From positions 1 to 16,013 of the forward strand of contig JBKPAK010000099.1 of assembly GCA_046726415.1 (NCBI GenBank): a DNA stretch of 16,013 nucleotides, written 5' to 3'. Origin of the DNA: Candidatus Methylomirabilota bacterium (lineage in GTDB: Bacteria; Methylomirabilota; Methylomirabilia; Rokubacteriales; CSP1-6). Numbering within the stretch: the stretch's first letter is position 1; the number at the start of each line of letters is the position of its first letter. Shown piece after piece: positions 8,199 to 16,013 of this stretch. The position numbers and the translations under genes are program-made. The notes under the pieces were generated by a model. The model was given only the letters and a program-made list of their open reading frames with translations, was not told where the DNA came from and did not search any database.

Positions 8199-8399
8199 AT
8201 GACCAATCGCCGCGGTCTCACCGCCTTGGTCGTCGTCGCCCTGGCCGCCGCCGGATGCAGTGGCGCGACGGCGGATCCGTTTCCGCGGGCGACGCGAGCT
8301 CCGGACGTCCGTTGTCTTGCCCCCGCCGAGTCTGGATCGCCCGGACAGGATCCGAACGCCCGGCCGATGTTCTTTCTCTTTTGCATGCAGAGCCCGTGA
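8199..8399 (+). CDS. Small putative lipoprotein (66 aa)
   Basis: MTNRRGLTALVVVALAAAG-C has a basic N-terminus, hydrophobic core and lipobox AAGC. The mature part has two further Cys and ends RPMFFLFCMQSP. It fills the gap between the CoA-transferase and SDR genes. Confidence 0.7.
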   Translation: MTNRRGLTALVVVALAAAGCSGATADPFPRATRAPDVRCLAPAESGSPGQDPNARPMFFLFCMQSP

Positions 8400-8423
8400 A
8401 TCGTCGGACGGCCTTTCGTCACC

Positions 8424-9302
8424 ATGGACCGCCAGGCTGATCGCCGGAGCGTTTCGAGCCAGGGCAGTCCGAAGGACGCCGGATGCGGGTCAGCCGATAG
8501 GAGCGGCGACCGATCGCCGCGGCATCTATCGACGCGCGTCGCTCTCATCACCGGTGGTGGTCGCGGTATCGGGCACGCCATCGCCATGGCGTTCGCCGGC
8601 GCGGGTGTGAATGTGGCGCTCGTCGGGCGACGATCAGCCGTCTTGGACGGGGCGGCTGACCAAGCGCGGCGTCTCGGCGTCCGCGCCCTGGCGGTCACCC
8701 TCGACGTCACTGATCTCACCGCGATCCCGCAGGCCGCCCGCGGCATCGCGGCCGAGCTGGGCACCATTGACATCCTCGTCAACAATGCGGGCATCGCCGA
8801 ATCGGCGCCCTTCGCGCGGACGGATGCCCAGCTGTGGGACCGCCACCTCCGGCTCAATGCCACGGCGCCCTTCTTCCTGGCTCGCGAGGTGCTTCCCGGC
8901 ATGCTGGACCGGGGCTGGGGGCGCGTGATCAACGTGGCCTCGTTGGTCGGTCTCCACGGCGCCGCCTACGTCGCCGCATACGCCGCGTCGAAGCACGCCC
9001 TCGTCGGACTCACGCGCGCCCTCGCCGCCGAGGTGAGCGGCCGAGGCGTCACGGTCAACGCCCTTTGCCCCGGCTTCGTGGCCACCGATATCGTCTGGAA
9101 CAGCGCGCGCACCATCGCGGCCAAGACCGGGCGCTCGTTCGAGGAGGCCGTTGCCGTTCTGGCGGAACGCAACCCCGGGGGCCGCCTCATCCAGCCCGGG
9201 GAAGTTGCCGCGGCCGCCCTGAAGCTGCTCGACGCGGACTCGATCAACGGCGAGGCGATCGCCATCGACGGCAGCGCTGCCGAGCCGGCGAGGTCGCCAT
9301 GA
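8424..9302 (+). CDS. Short-chain dehydrogenase/reductase (classical NAD(P)-dependent SDR)
   Basis: TGGGRGIG, DILVNNAG, NVAS, YAASK catalytic motif, VNALCPGFVAT. About 35 aa precede the Rossmann fold, so the start is uncertain. Confidence 0.93.
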   Translation: MDRQADRRSVSSQGSPKDAGCGSADRSGDRSPRHLSTRVALITGGGRGIGHAIAMAFAGAGVNVALVGRRSAVLDGAADQARRLGVRALAVTLDVTDLTAIPQAARGIAAELGTIDILVNNAGIAESAPFARTDAQLWDRHLRLNATAPFFLAREVLPGMLDRGWGRVINVASLVGLHGAAYVAAYAASKHALVGLTRALAAEVSGRGVTVNALCPGFVATDIVWNSARTIAAKTGRSFEEAVAVLAERNPGGRLIQPGEVAAAALKLLDADSINGEAIAIDGSAAEPARSP

Positions 9303-9313
9303 CGCAATGGGCA

Positions 9314-11569
9314 TCAGCCTGGGCGAGGGGTAAAACTCCGCACCGGTCGATACGGCTCAGGCCACGGCAGATCGTAATCCTGCTCATAGGCGGCGTGTCG
9401 CGTCCAGTACGGGTCATAGAGATGCCCGCGGGCCAGCACGCAGAGATCGGCCCGCCCAGCGGCGAGGATGCTGTTGACGTCGGCGTACGAGGCGAGGTTT
9501 CCCACCGTCATGGTCGGAATGCCCGCTTCGAGTCGGATGCGCTCGCTAAATGGGGTCTGGTACAGCCGCCCATAGGCGGGCTGGGCGTAGGGCACCGTCT
9601 GACCCGCTGAGACATCGATGATGTCGCAGCCGTGTGCCTTCAGCATGGCGGCGGTCTGGACGGCCTCCTCGCCCGTGGTCCCACCGCCCGCCCAGTCGCT
9701 GGCCGAGATTCGCACGGATATCGGCTTTTCGGCGGGCCACACGCAGCGCACGGCGTCGAAGATCTCGAGCGGATAGCGCATCCGGTTGGCCAGCGAGCCG
9801 CCGCAGTCGTCGGTCCGCGCGTTGGTGAGCGGCGAGATGAAGCTGGCGAGCAGGTATCCATGGGCAAAGTGCAGCTCGATAAGATCGAAGCCGGCCTCCT
9901 TCGCCATCGCCGTGGCGCGCGCGAAATCCTCACGAACGCGATCCATGTCGGCGCGGTCCATGGCTTTCGGCACCTGGCTCCCAGACCGGTAGGCGATCGG
10001 CGAGGCCGCGATGAGCGGCCAGTTCCCCGATATCAGCGGCTCGTCATCATCGCCTTCCCAGGGCCGCCGGGTCGAGCCCTTGCGCCCGGCGTGGCCGAGC
10101 TGGAGGCCGATCTTTGCGGCGGTGTACGCGTGAACGAAGTCGACGATGCGCCGCCAGGCCACCACGTGCTCCGGCTTGTACATCCCAGTACAGCCGGGAC
10201 TGATGCGTCCGTCTCGGCTGACGTCGGTCATTTCGGCCATGACCAGACCGGCTCCACCCACGGCGCGGCTGCCCAGGTGAACGAGATGCCACTCCCCCGG
10301 TGTGCCATCCTCCGCGGAGTACTGACACATGGGCGAGACCACGATGCGGTTGACCAGCACCAGCGAGCGCAGCCGGAATGGCGTGAACATGGGCGGCGGA
10401 GTGGGCAGGGGGATCTGCCGGCCGCTCTGGAGGGAAGCCTGCTCGGCGAACCATCGATTCACCGTCTCCACGAGCTTGGGGTCGCGCTGCTTGAAGTTCT
10501 CGTGGGTGACGCGCAGGCTGCGCGTGAGAAGGCTGAACGCGAATTGGATCGGTTCTAGGCGCCCGTCGTATCGCTCGGTCTCCTCGAACCAGCGCAGGCT
10601 CACCTCGGCCGCCCGCTGAAGGCTCTCCACCTCGGGCCGCCGCTCCGCCTCGTACGCCTGCAGCGCCGTCTGCACGTCGCGGTGCCATCTGAGCGCCCGG
10701 CTCAGCGCGATCGCGTCCTCCATGGCCAGCTTGGTGCCCGACCCGATGGAGAAGTGGGCGGTGTGAGCGGCGTCGCCCACGAGGACGAGGTTCTGCCAGT
10801 GCCAGCGCGCGTTCCGCACGGTGGGGAAGCTTCGCCACAGGGAGCGGTTGTTGAGGATGCGATGGCCGGCCAGCTCCTGGGCGAAGAGTCGCTCGGCGTA
10901 GGCGACGGTGTCGTCCTCCGTGGCTCGGTCCAACCCCGCCCGCCGCCAGGTGGTCTCGGTCGACTCGAGGATGAACGTCGAGGCGCCTTCCTGGTAGCGG
11001 TAGGCGTGGACGCGCCAGAGCCCGTGCTCGTTTTCCTTGAAGAGAAACGTGAAGGCCCGATAGGGAAACGTGGTGCCCAGCCAGACGAATCGACTCGGAC
11101 GCCAGTCGAGGCTTGGCCCGAAGTGCCGGGCGTAGCGCGTGCGCACCGCGCTGTTGACGCCGTCGGCGGCCACGATCAGATCGGCGTCGGCGAACGGTCC
11201 CAGGTCGTCCACCTCGGTCTGAAACTGGAAATGTACGCCCAGGGCCTCGCCGCGCCGCCGGAGAATATCGAGCAGCGCTTGGCGCGACAGTCCAGCGAAC
11301 CCGTGGCCGGTCGAGGTGAGCACCTGCCCCTGGTAGTGGATGTCGATGCTGTCCCAGTGGGCGAAGCTTGCCGTCATGTCCCGGTAGGTTTCGCCGTCGG
11401 CATCCGCGAAGTGACCCAGGGTGGCGTCCGAGAACACCACCCCGAAACCGAAGGTATCGTCGGCGCGATTGCGCTCGAGGACCGTGACATCGTGGCCGGG
11501 ATCGGCTTTCTTGATAAGGATGGCCAGGTATAGCCCGGCCGGCCCTCCGCCGACGGTGACCAGCTTCAT
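9314..11569 (-). CDS. abmA: Bifunctional salicylyl-CoA 5-hydroxylase / 2-aminobenzoyl-CoA monooxygenase-reductase (FAD monooxygenase + Old Yellow Enzyme-type domain)
   Basis: N-domain GGGPAG, DTFGFGVVFSD, AADGVNS, GDAAHTAHFSIGSGTKLAMED; C-domain NRIVVSPMCQYSA, QLGHAGRKGS, ELHFAHGYLL. The 751-aa fusion architecture is typical of the AbmA/SdgC family. Confidence 0.9.
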   Translation of the reverse strand: MKLVTVGGGPAGLYLAILIKKADPGHDVTVLERNRADDTFGFGVVFSDATLGHFADADGETYRDMTASFAHWDSIDIHYQGQVLTSTGHGFAGLSRQALLDILRRRGEALGVHFQFQTEVDDLGPFADADLIVAADGVNSAVRTRYARHFGPSLDWRPSRFVWLGTTFPYRAFTFLFKENEHGLWRVHAYRYQEGASTFILESTETTWRRAGLDRATEDDTVAYAERLFAQELAGHRILNNRSLWRSFPTVRNARWHWQNLVLVGDAAHTAHFSIGSGTKLAMEDAIALSRALRWHRDVQTALQAYEAERRPEVESLQRAAEVSLRWFEETERYDGRLEPIQFAFSLLTRSLRVTHENFKQRDPKLVETVNRWFAEQASLQSGRQIPLPTPPPMFTPFRLRSLVLVNRIVVSPMCQYSAEDGTPGEWHLVHLGSRAVGGAGLVMAEMTDVSRDGRISPGCTGMYKPEHVVAWRRIVDFVHAYTAAKIGLQLGHAGRKGSTRRPWEGDDDEPLISGNWPLIAASPIAYRSGSQVPKAMDRADMDRVREDFARATAMAKEAGFDLIELHFAHGYLLASFISPLTNARTDDCGGSLANRMRYPLEIFDAVRCVWPAEKPISVRISASDWAGGGTTGEEAVQTAAMLKAHGCDIIDVSAGQTVPYAQPAYGRLYQTPFSERIRLEAGIPTMTVGNLASYADVNSILAAGRADLCVLARGHLYDPYWTRHAAYEQDYDLPWPEPYRPVRSFTPRPG

Positions 11570-11577
11570 CCGAGAAC

Positions 11578-11680
11578 ATGGGGAGCCGCCTCGGCGAAGC
11601 CGGGGGATCTCTCGATACCCCCGGCGCTCGTGGCGACCCGGGGAGCCCGGGACGTTCCTCGGTACTCCGACATGCTCCTA
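11578..11680. repeat. Intergenic structured repeat, copy B (REP/MITE-like)
   Basis: Starts ATGGGG and ends CTCCTA (CTA = VWA gene stop). Hairpins GCCGGGGG (11599-11606)/CCCCCGGC (11618-11625) and CCCGGG-GAG-CCCGGG. Similar to 5509-5595. Confidence 0.6.
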
Positions 11681-13693
11681 CGAGACGCGCGTGCGCTTGG
11701 AGCGGACGTAGTCGACGAGCAGGTACTCTCCGAGGCGGTCGGGGGTCGAGAAAAACGCCCGGCCGTGATTGATGCGCGCCATCTCCTCGACGAATGCGGT
11801 GAGCCAGGAGCTGCGCTCGAGCATGAAGGTGTTGATGGTGATGTGGTCCCGCGTGCACCGGCGGACCTCGCGCAGCGTTTCCTGAATCGTCTCGCGGGTG
11901 GGCGGATAGTTGAAGTCGGCGTGGCCACTGCGCGTGAGGTGGGCGGTGGGCTCGCCATCGGTGACCATGAGGATCTGCTTGGTGCCGCCGGCGTGACGCC
12001 CGAGCAGGCGCCGGGCGAGGGCGAAGCCGGCGTGCATGTTGGTCCCGTAATCGCAGTCGCTCCAGGAGAGCCGCGGGATCTGGGCCGGTTTGTATTCCTT
12101 GGCATACATCGAGAAGCCGATCAGGTAGAGGCTGTCGCGCGGAAACTGACTGCGAATCAGCGCGCTGAGGGCCATGGCCACCTTCTTGGCGGGTCCAAAG
12201 TAACCGTTGTTGAGCATCGAGCGGCTCAGGTCGAGCATGACGGCGGTGGCCGCCTGGGTGCGAAGCTCGGTGCGGAAGACCTCGAAGTCGCCGGGGGCCA
12301 GGTGCACCGGAGTGCCCGTCCCCGCCCGTTCCACGGCGTTCATCACGGTTTCCTTGAGATCGAGGAGAAAGGGGTCGCCGAATTCGTACGCCTTGGTCTC
12401 GTCGGCCTGATCGCCGCCGGCTCCGCGCTGAGACACGGCGTGTCCGCCGATGCGGTCTCGCTTGAGGCGGGCGAAGATGTCCCGGAGGGCCTTGTCACCG
12501 ATGCGGCGAATGGCCTTGGCGGTGAGCTTCACCTCGTCTCCCTCGCGCTCGAGGTAGCCCGCTTCCTCCAATTTTTGGGTGACGTCCTGCAGGTCTTCCA
12601 GGTCCCGCGTGGCCTCGGGACCCAAGAGCTTCTCGAACTCCGCGCGGTCGACTCTCTGCAGATCGTCGGGGCTCTTGGCACCCCGCAGCTGGCGCTCGAG
12701 CTCATCGAGGCGCTGCAGCTCCTCCATAAGGCGCATGGCCTCGCGAAGGGTCAAGGGATCCTCTCCGCGGAAGTCATAGGCCTGGCGGAGCTGGTCCATG
12801 GGCAGGAGCTCTTCGAGGTTGGCGGCAAGCTTGGCCAGCTGCCGCTCGAGCTGTTCGTCGCGGCCGAGCAGGGACCGCATCATCTCCTGGAGCTGCTGGC
12901 GCTGGTCGGCGGACATGCTCTCCATCAGCGACTGCATCTGGGCCATCTGCTGGGCCATGTGGGCGAGAAGCTGGTCGAGGCTCTCCACCCCAGGGAAGTA
13001 CTGCCCCCATTTGTCCTTGAACTCCCGGAAGTTGGGTTCCCGCCCCTCAGCTCGATCCTGAAGCATCCGGTTGAGGTCCTTGAGCATCTCGCGAAGCCGC
13101 TGGAGATCCTGAGGGCCCATGCCCTGCAGCGCCTGCTGCATCCCCTGGAGAAACGGCTTCAGCATTTGCTGTCGAAGCGACTGCATCAGCTCCTGGAAAA
13201 GCCGCCAGGCTTCGGGATCCATGAACTCGTACTTCTGGAGCTGCATGATCTGCCCGCCGGGATCGGGAGGGAGCTGGTCGAGCGCCGCGCGCCGCTGAGC
13301 CGCCATCTCCTCCAGCTGACGCAGGCCCTCTTGGGGGATCTCCCCCCGCTGCGCGCGCTCCCGAGTTTCCGTCAGACGCCGCTCGATGCCCTCGCGCTCG
13401 GTCTGTCGAATCTTGTCCAGCTGCTGTTTGATGTCGTCGAGCGCAGAGCCGAGGTCATAGCGGTCCAGCTCGCGCTGCCGCCGCTGCCGGACGCGCTCGA
13501 CCAGATCCCGGAGACTGGGCAGCCGCGGACCCTGGGATCCCTGCAGCCCACGCTGGAACAGCCGGCGGAGGGCGCTCCGGAGATCGCCGTCGGCCATCAA
13601 CTCCTCGGACATCGCATCGAGGAGATCGTCGGCATCGAGGTCCCCGATCTTCTGCGTGCCGTCCCAGCGCGAGTAGCGAATTCGTGTGCTCAT
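11678..13693 (-). CDS. VWA domain-containing protein with long helical N-terminal region (671 aa)
   Basis: Starts MSTRIRYSRWDGTQ, followed by Q/E/L/M-rich helical segments. C-terminal VWA with MIDAS DLSRS, GTN and VTDGEPTAH. A promoter lies directly upstream of ATG 13693. Confidence 0.9.
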   Translation of the reverse strand: MSTRIRYSRWDGTQKIGDLDADDLLDAMSEELMADGDLRSALRRLFQRGLQGSQGPRLPSLRDLVERVRQRRQRELDRYDLGSALDDIKQQLDKIRQTEREGIERRLTETRERAQRGEIPQEGLRQLEEMAAQRRAALDQLPPDPGGQIMQLQKYEFMDPEAWRLFQELMQSLRQQMLKPFLQGMQQALQGMGPQDLQRLREMLKDLNRMLQDRAEGREPNFREFKDKWGQYFPGVESLDQLLAHMAQQMAQMQSLMESMSADQRQQLQEMMRSLLGRDEQLERQLAKLAANLEELLPMDQLRQAYDFRGEDPLTLREAMRLMEELQRLDELERQLRGAKSPDDLQRVDRAEFEKLLGPEATRDLEDLQDVTQKLEEAGYLEREGDEVKLTAKAIRRIGDKALRDIFARLKRDRIGGHAVSQRGAGGDQADETKAYEFGDPFLLDLKETVMNAVERAGTGTPVHLAPGDFEVFRTELRTQAATAVMLDLSRSMLNNGYFGPAKKVAMALSALIRSQFPRDSLYLIGFSMYAKEYKPAQIPRLSWSDCDYGTNMHAGFALARRLLGRHAGGTKQILMVTDGEPTAHLTRSGHADFNYPPTRETIQETLREVRRCTRDHITINTFMLERSSWLTAFVEEMARINHGRAFFSTPDRLGEYLLVDYVRSKRTRVS

Positions 13694-13699
13694 GCGCCG

Positions 13700-13728
13700 A
13701 CCGTACGCGATGCCATCGCCGCCGTCAA
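13700..13728 (-). promoter_or_regulatory. sigma70-type promoter (TTGACG-17-TACGGT) 6 nt before the VWA gene ATG; leaderless
   Basis: Minus strand TTGACG (13728-13723), 17-nt spacer, TACGGT (13705-13700), cggcgc, ATG. No SD. Confidence 0.7.
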
Positions 13729-13798
13729 CGTTCCCGGGGCGCCGCCGCCGCCGGGCGCTCGGCCGAGGCCCCACACGCTCAAGTCCTCGGCAGGAGGC

Positions 13799-13827
13799 GT
13801 GACATCGCCCGCCGCGTTCCGTATGCT
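13799..13827 (+). promoter_or_regulatory. sigma70-type promoter (GTGACA-17-TATGCT) 7 nt before the aminotransferase ATG; leaderless
   Basis: GTGACA 13799-13804, 17-nt spacer, TATGCT 13822-13827, ATG at 13835. No SD. Confidence 0.7.
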
Positions 13828-13834
13828 GTCGGCC

Positions 13835-15037
13835 ATGAATGCACACGCCAGCGCCGCCGTGGAGCACCTGCTGTCGATCCGCGCCCGTCTCGCGCCCCCT
13901 GCCGCCACGCGTCCCGTCGCCGATCCCCTGTTCGACTTCGGCGCCGGTCAGCCGGATCCGAGCTCGTTTCCCTATGACGGCCTCGTGGACGCCACCGCGC
14001 GCGTGATGAAGGCCGAGGGCGCCGACGCCCTTATGTACGGCGAGTATCAGGGGTACCGCCCCTTGCGCGAACTGGTGTGCCACAAGTACGAGCTGTTCGA
14101 GGGACTGAAGGTCACCCCCGAGAACATCTTGATATCGAACGGCTCCGGGCATGCGCTCGCGCTGGCCTTCAGCGCCTTCGTGGACGTGGGCGATCCAATC
14201 ATCATCGAGGCGCCGACCTTCTCGGGCACGCTCCACACCATCCGCCGGCACGGGCCCGAGGTCCTGGGTGTTCCCGTGGACGCCGAGGGCATGGTGACGG
14301 ACGCAGTCCGCGACCACCTCGAGCGCCTGCGCCGCGAGGGGCGCCAGTGCAAGCTCATCTACACCATCGTCAACTTCCAGAATCCGGCCGGTCCCTGCCT
14401 CTCCCGGCGCCGGCGTCACGAGCTGATCGACCTGGCCCACCGCTACGACACGATCGTCCTGGAGGACGACGCCTACAACGAGCTTCGGTTCGAGGGCGAG
14501 GTGCAACCGCCGGTGTACGCGCTCGACACGGGTGCCCGCGTGATCCGCGCGGGAACGCTCTCGAAGATCCTCGGCGCCGGCGTGCGCCTGGGCTGGCTTT
14601 GCGCGCCCCGCCCGCTGATCCCGATACTACAGAGGTTCCTCTACGGCGGCGGCGTGAGCCCGTACATGTCCCGGGTGGCCACCTACTACATGCGCGATCA
14701 CATGGCCGAGCACGTGGCCACCCTGGTGGACGTCTACCGCGCCAAGCGCGATGCCATGCTGCGGGGACTCTGGGAAATCCTCGAGGATACCGACGTCCAG
14801 ATCAGTCGGCCCGAAGGCGGCTTCTTCATCTGGATCACGCTGCCGTCCGGGACGAGCCCAGCGCGCCTGATGGAGCTGGCCGTGAGAGCGCGCATTCAGT
14901 ACAGCCCCGGCCCGGCCTTCTTCGCCAATGGTGGCGGAGAGCAGAACATCCGCCTCGCCTTCAGCTACGAGCCACCGGAGCGCTGCTACGAGGGTGCTCG
15001 CCTCGTGGCGCAGGCGATCCGGGAGGCCCGCGGGTAG
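13835..15037 (+). CDS. PLP-dependent aminotransferase class I/II (2-aminoadipate/aromatic aminotransferase-like)
   Basis: [57 protein letters not shown] (PLP lysine), [14 protein letters not shown]. No HTH domain. Confidence 0.93.
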   Translation: MNAHASAAVEHLLSIRARLAPPAATRPVADPLFDFGAGQPDPSSFPYDGLVDATARVMKAEGADALMYGEYQGYRPLRELVCHKYELFEGLKVTPENILISNGSGHALALAFSAFVDVGDPIIIEAPTFSGTLHTIRRHGPEVLGVPVDAEGMVTDAVRDHLERLRREGRQCKLIYTIVNFQNPAGPCLSRRRRHELIDLAHRYDTIVLEDDAYNELRFEGEVQPPVYALDTGARVIRAGTLSKILGAGVRLGWLCAPRPLIPILQRFLYGGGVSPYMSRVATYYMRDHMAEHVATLVDVYRAKRDAMLRGLWEILEDTDVQISRPEGGFFIWITLPSGTSPARLMELAVRARIQYSPGPAFFANGGGEQNIRLAFSYEPPERCYEGARLVAQAIREARG

Positions 15038-15095
15038 CGCTCCCGCCGCATCGCAGGTGGCGGTGACTCGGCACCTCGGAAAGGAAACTGGCGAC

Positions 15096-16013
15096 ATGCC
15101 CCTCGCCTTCGACACCATCGTCGAATCGAGTCCTGAGACCTGGCGGATCGAGACGGTGGGCTCCGGGCCGTCCGGTCGTCTGCCCCTCACGGCCGAGATG
15201 CTGCTCGAGCACCCCAGCGGGGACATCTTCGGACTGACCCAGAGCGCCGGCATGGGGTGGGATCCGCGAGAACTCCTGCGGCCGCAGTTCCTCCTGCTCA
15301 GCACCCAGGGCGGCGTGCGGCGCGCCGACGGACGTCCGGTCGCCCTCGGCTATCACACCGGCCATTGGGAAGTCGGACTCCTGATGCAGGCCGCGGCCGA
15401 GGAGCTGGTGCGGCTCGAGTGCCTGCCGTTCGCGGCGTTCGTCAGCGATCCATGCGACGGTCGGACACAGGGGACGACCGGGATGATGGACAGCCTGGCC
15501 TACCGCAACGACGCCGCCATCGTGTTTCGCCGCCTGATCCGCTCATTGCCCACGCGCCGCGGCGTGCTGGGCATCGCCACCTGCGACAAGGGCCTGCCCG
15601 CCATGATGCTGGCGCTGGTGGCGATGCGCGATTTGCCGTGCGTGCTCGTACCAGGCGGCGTGACGCTCCCGCCCCGCGATGGCGAGGACGCGGGCAAGGT
15701 CCAGTCGATCGGCGCGCGCTTTGCCCACGGAGAGCTGACTCTGGAGCGCGCGCAAGAGCTGGGCTGCCGCGCCTGCGGCTCGCCGGGAGGCGGCTGTCAG
15801 TTCCTGGGAACAGCGGCCACCTCGCAGGTGATCGGCGAGGCGCTCGGACTCTCACTGCCCCACTCCGCCCTCGCGCCGTCGGGGCAGCCCGTCTGGCTCG
15901 ACATGGCCCGCCGCTCGGCGCGCGCGCTTGCCCATCTCGAGTCGCGACGGATTCCCACGCGCGAGATCGTGACCGATGCCGCCGTTCGAAACGCCATGAC
16001 GGTGCACGCCGCC
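15096..16013 (+). CDS. YagF/YjhG-family D-xylonate dehydratase (IlvD/Edd family), 3'-truncated by window end
   Basis: SD AAGGA upstream. Translation MPLAFDTIV...[10 protein letters not shown]...[15 protein letters not shown]...LLSTQGG...[12 protein letters not shown]...[25 protein letters not shown]...[11 protein letters not shown]...[16 protein letters not shown]. Absent from the ORF track because it has no stop in the window. Confidence 0.9.
   Translation, partial: MPLAFDTIVESSPETWRIETVGSGPSGRLPLTAEMLLEHPSGDIFGLTQSAGMGWDPRELLRPQFLLLSTQGGVRRADGRPVALGYHTGHWEVGLLMQAAAEELVRLECLPFAAFVSDPCDGRTQGTTGMMDSLAYRNDAAIVFRRLIRSLPTRRGVLGIATCDKGLPAMMLALVAMRDLPCVLVPGGVTLPPRDGEDAGKVQSIGARFAHGELTLERAQELGCRACGSPGGGCQFLGTAATSQVIGEALGLSLPHSALAPSGQPVWLDMARRSARALAHLESRRIPTREIVTDAAVRNAMTVHAA

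Noticed and set aside
8431-8500. Hammerhead ribozyme (CTGA, GTCC-GAA-GGAC, GAAAC fragments)
   Set aside because: The CUGAnGA...GAAA core is not present in the right order and spacing on either strand.
3957-11858. Long alternative-frame ORFs (e.g. 3957-5771 minus, 6997-8022 minus, 9632-10558 plus, 10047-11858 minus)
   Set aside because: They overlap well-supported genes, are Arg/Pro/Gly-rich or antisense shadows, and show no recognisable motifs.
13762-13791. Operator-like inverted repeat GCCGAGG-N16-CCTCGGC between divergent promoters
   Set aside because: The arms are short and GC-only-like, there is no regulator nearby, and it cannot be distinguished from chance.
11630-13834. 1135-aa plus-strand ORF as a giant aminotransferase fusion
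   Set aside because: The upstream part is the antisense shadow of the VWA gene, which is common in high-GC DNA. The promoter and homology start at 13835.
13694-14506. 271-aa N-terminal extension of the VWA ORF
   Set aside because: It is antisense to the aminotransferase. The family N-terminus and a promoter point to ATG 13693.
15043-15063. Intrinsic terminator after the aminotransferase
   Set aside because: A 7-bp GC hairpin without a U-tract, which is expected by chance at this GC content.

Overview
High-GC bacterial metagenomic contig end; the gene style and intergenic repeats suggest Candidatus Rokubacteria/Methylomirabilota, but this is an unverified impression. Bases 1-54 are an untrimmed Illumina Nextera adapter. 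They are followed by the Pro-rich 3' end of a probable type II secretion gene and a lipoprotein-type secretin GspD (true start about 295). Next come an exported hypothetical protein, a BtpA/SgcQ gene with a signal-peptide GH3 beta-N-acetylhexosaminidase, and a nucleoside hydrolase. A 75-aa SelW/Rdx-family selenoprotein (CxxU, in-frame TGA plus SECIS-like hairpin) is missing from the ORF track. The rest holds an acetyl-CoA hydrolase/transferase that appears to lack the catalytic Glu, a 66-aa lipoprotein, an SDR, a bifunctional salicylyl-CoA/2-aminobenzoyl-CoA monooxygenase-reductase, a VWA-domain protein, a PLP aminotransferase and a 3'-truncated YagF/YjhG-type xylonate dehydratase. Non-coding highlights are two diverged copies of a structured repeat anchored on TAG stop codons, several apparent leaderless sigma70 promoters, and two mini-ORFs coupled by ATGA overlaps to downstream genes.
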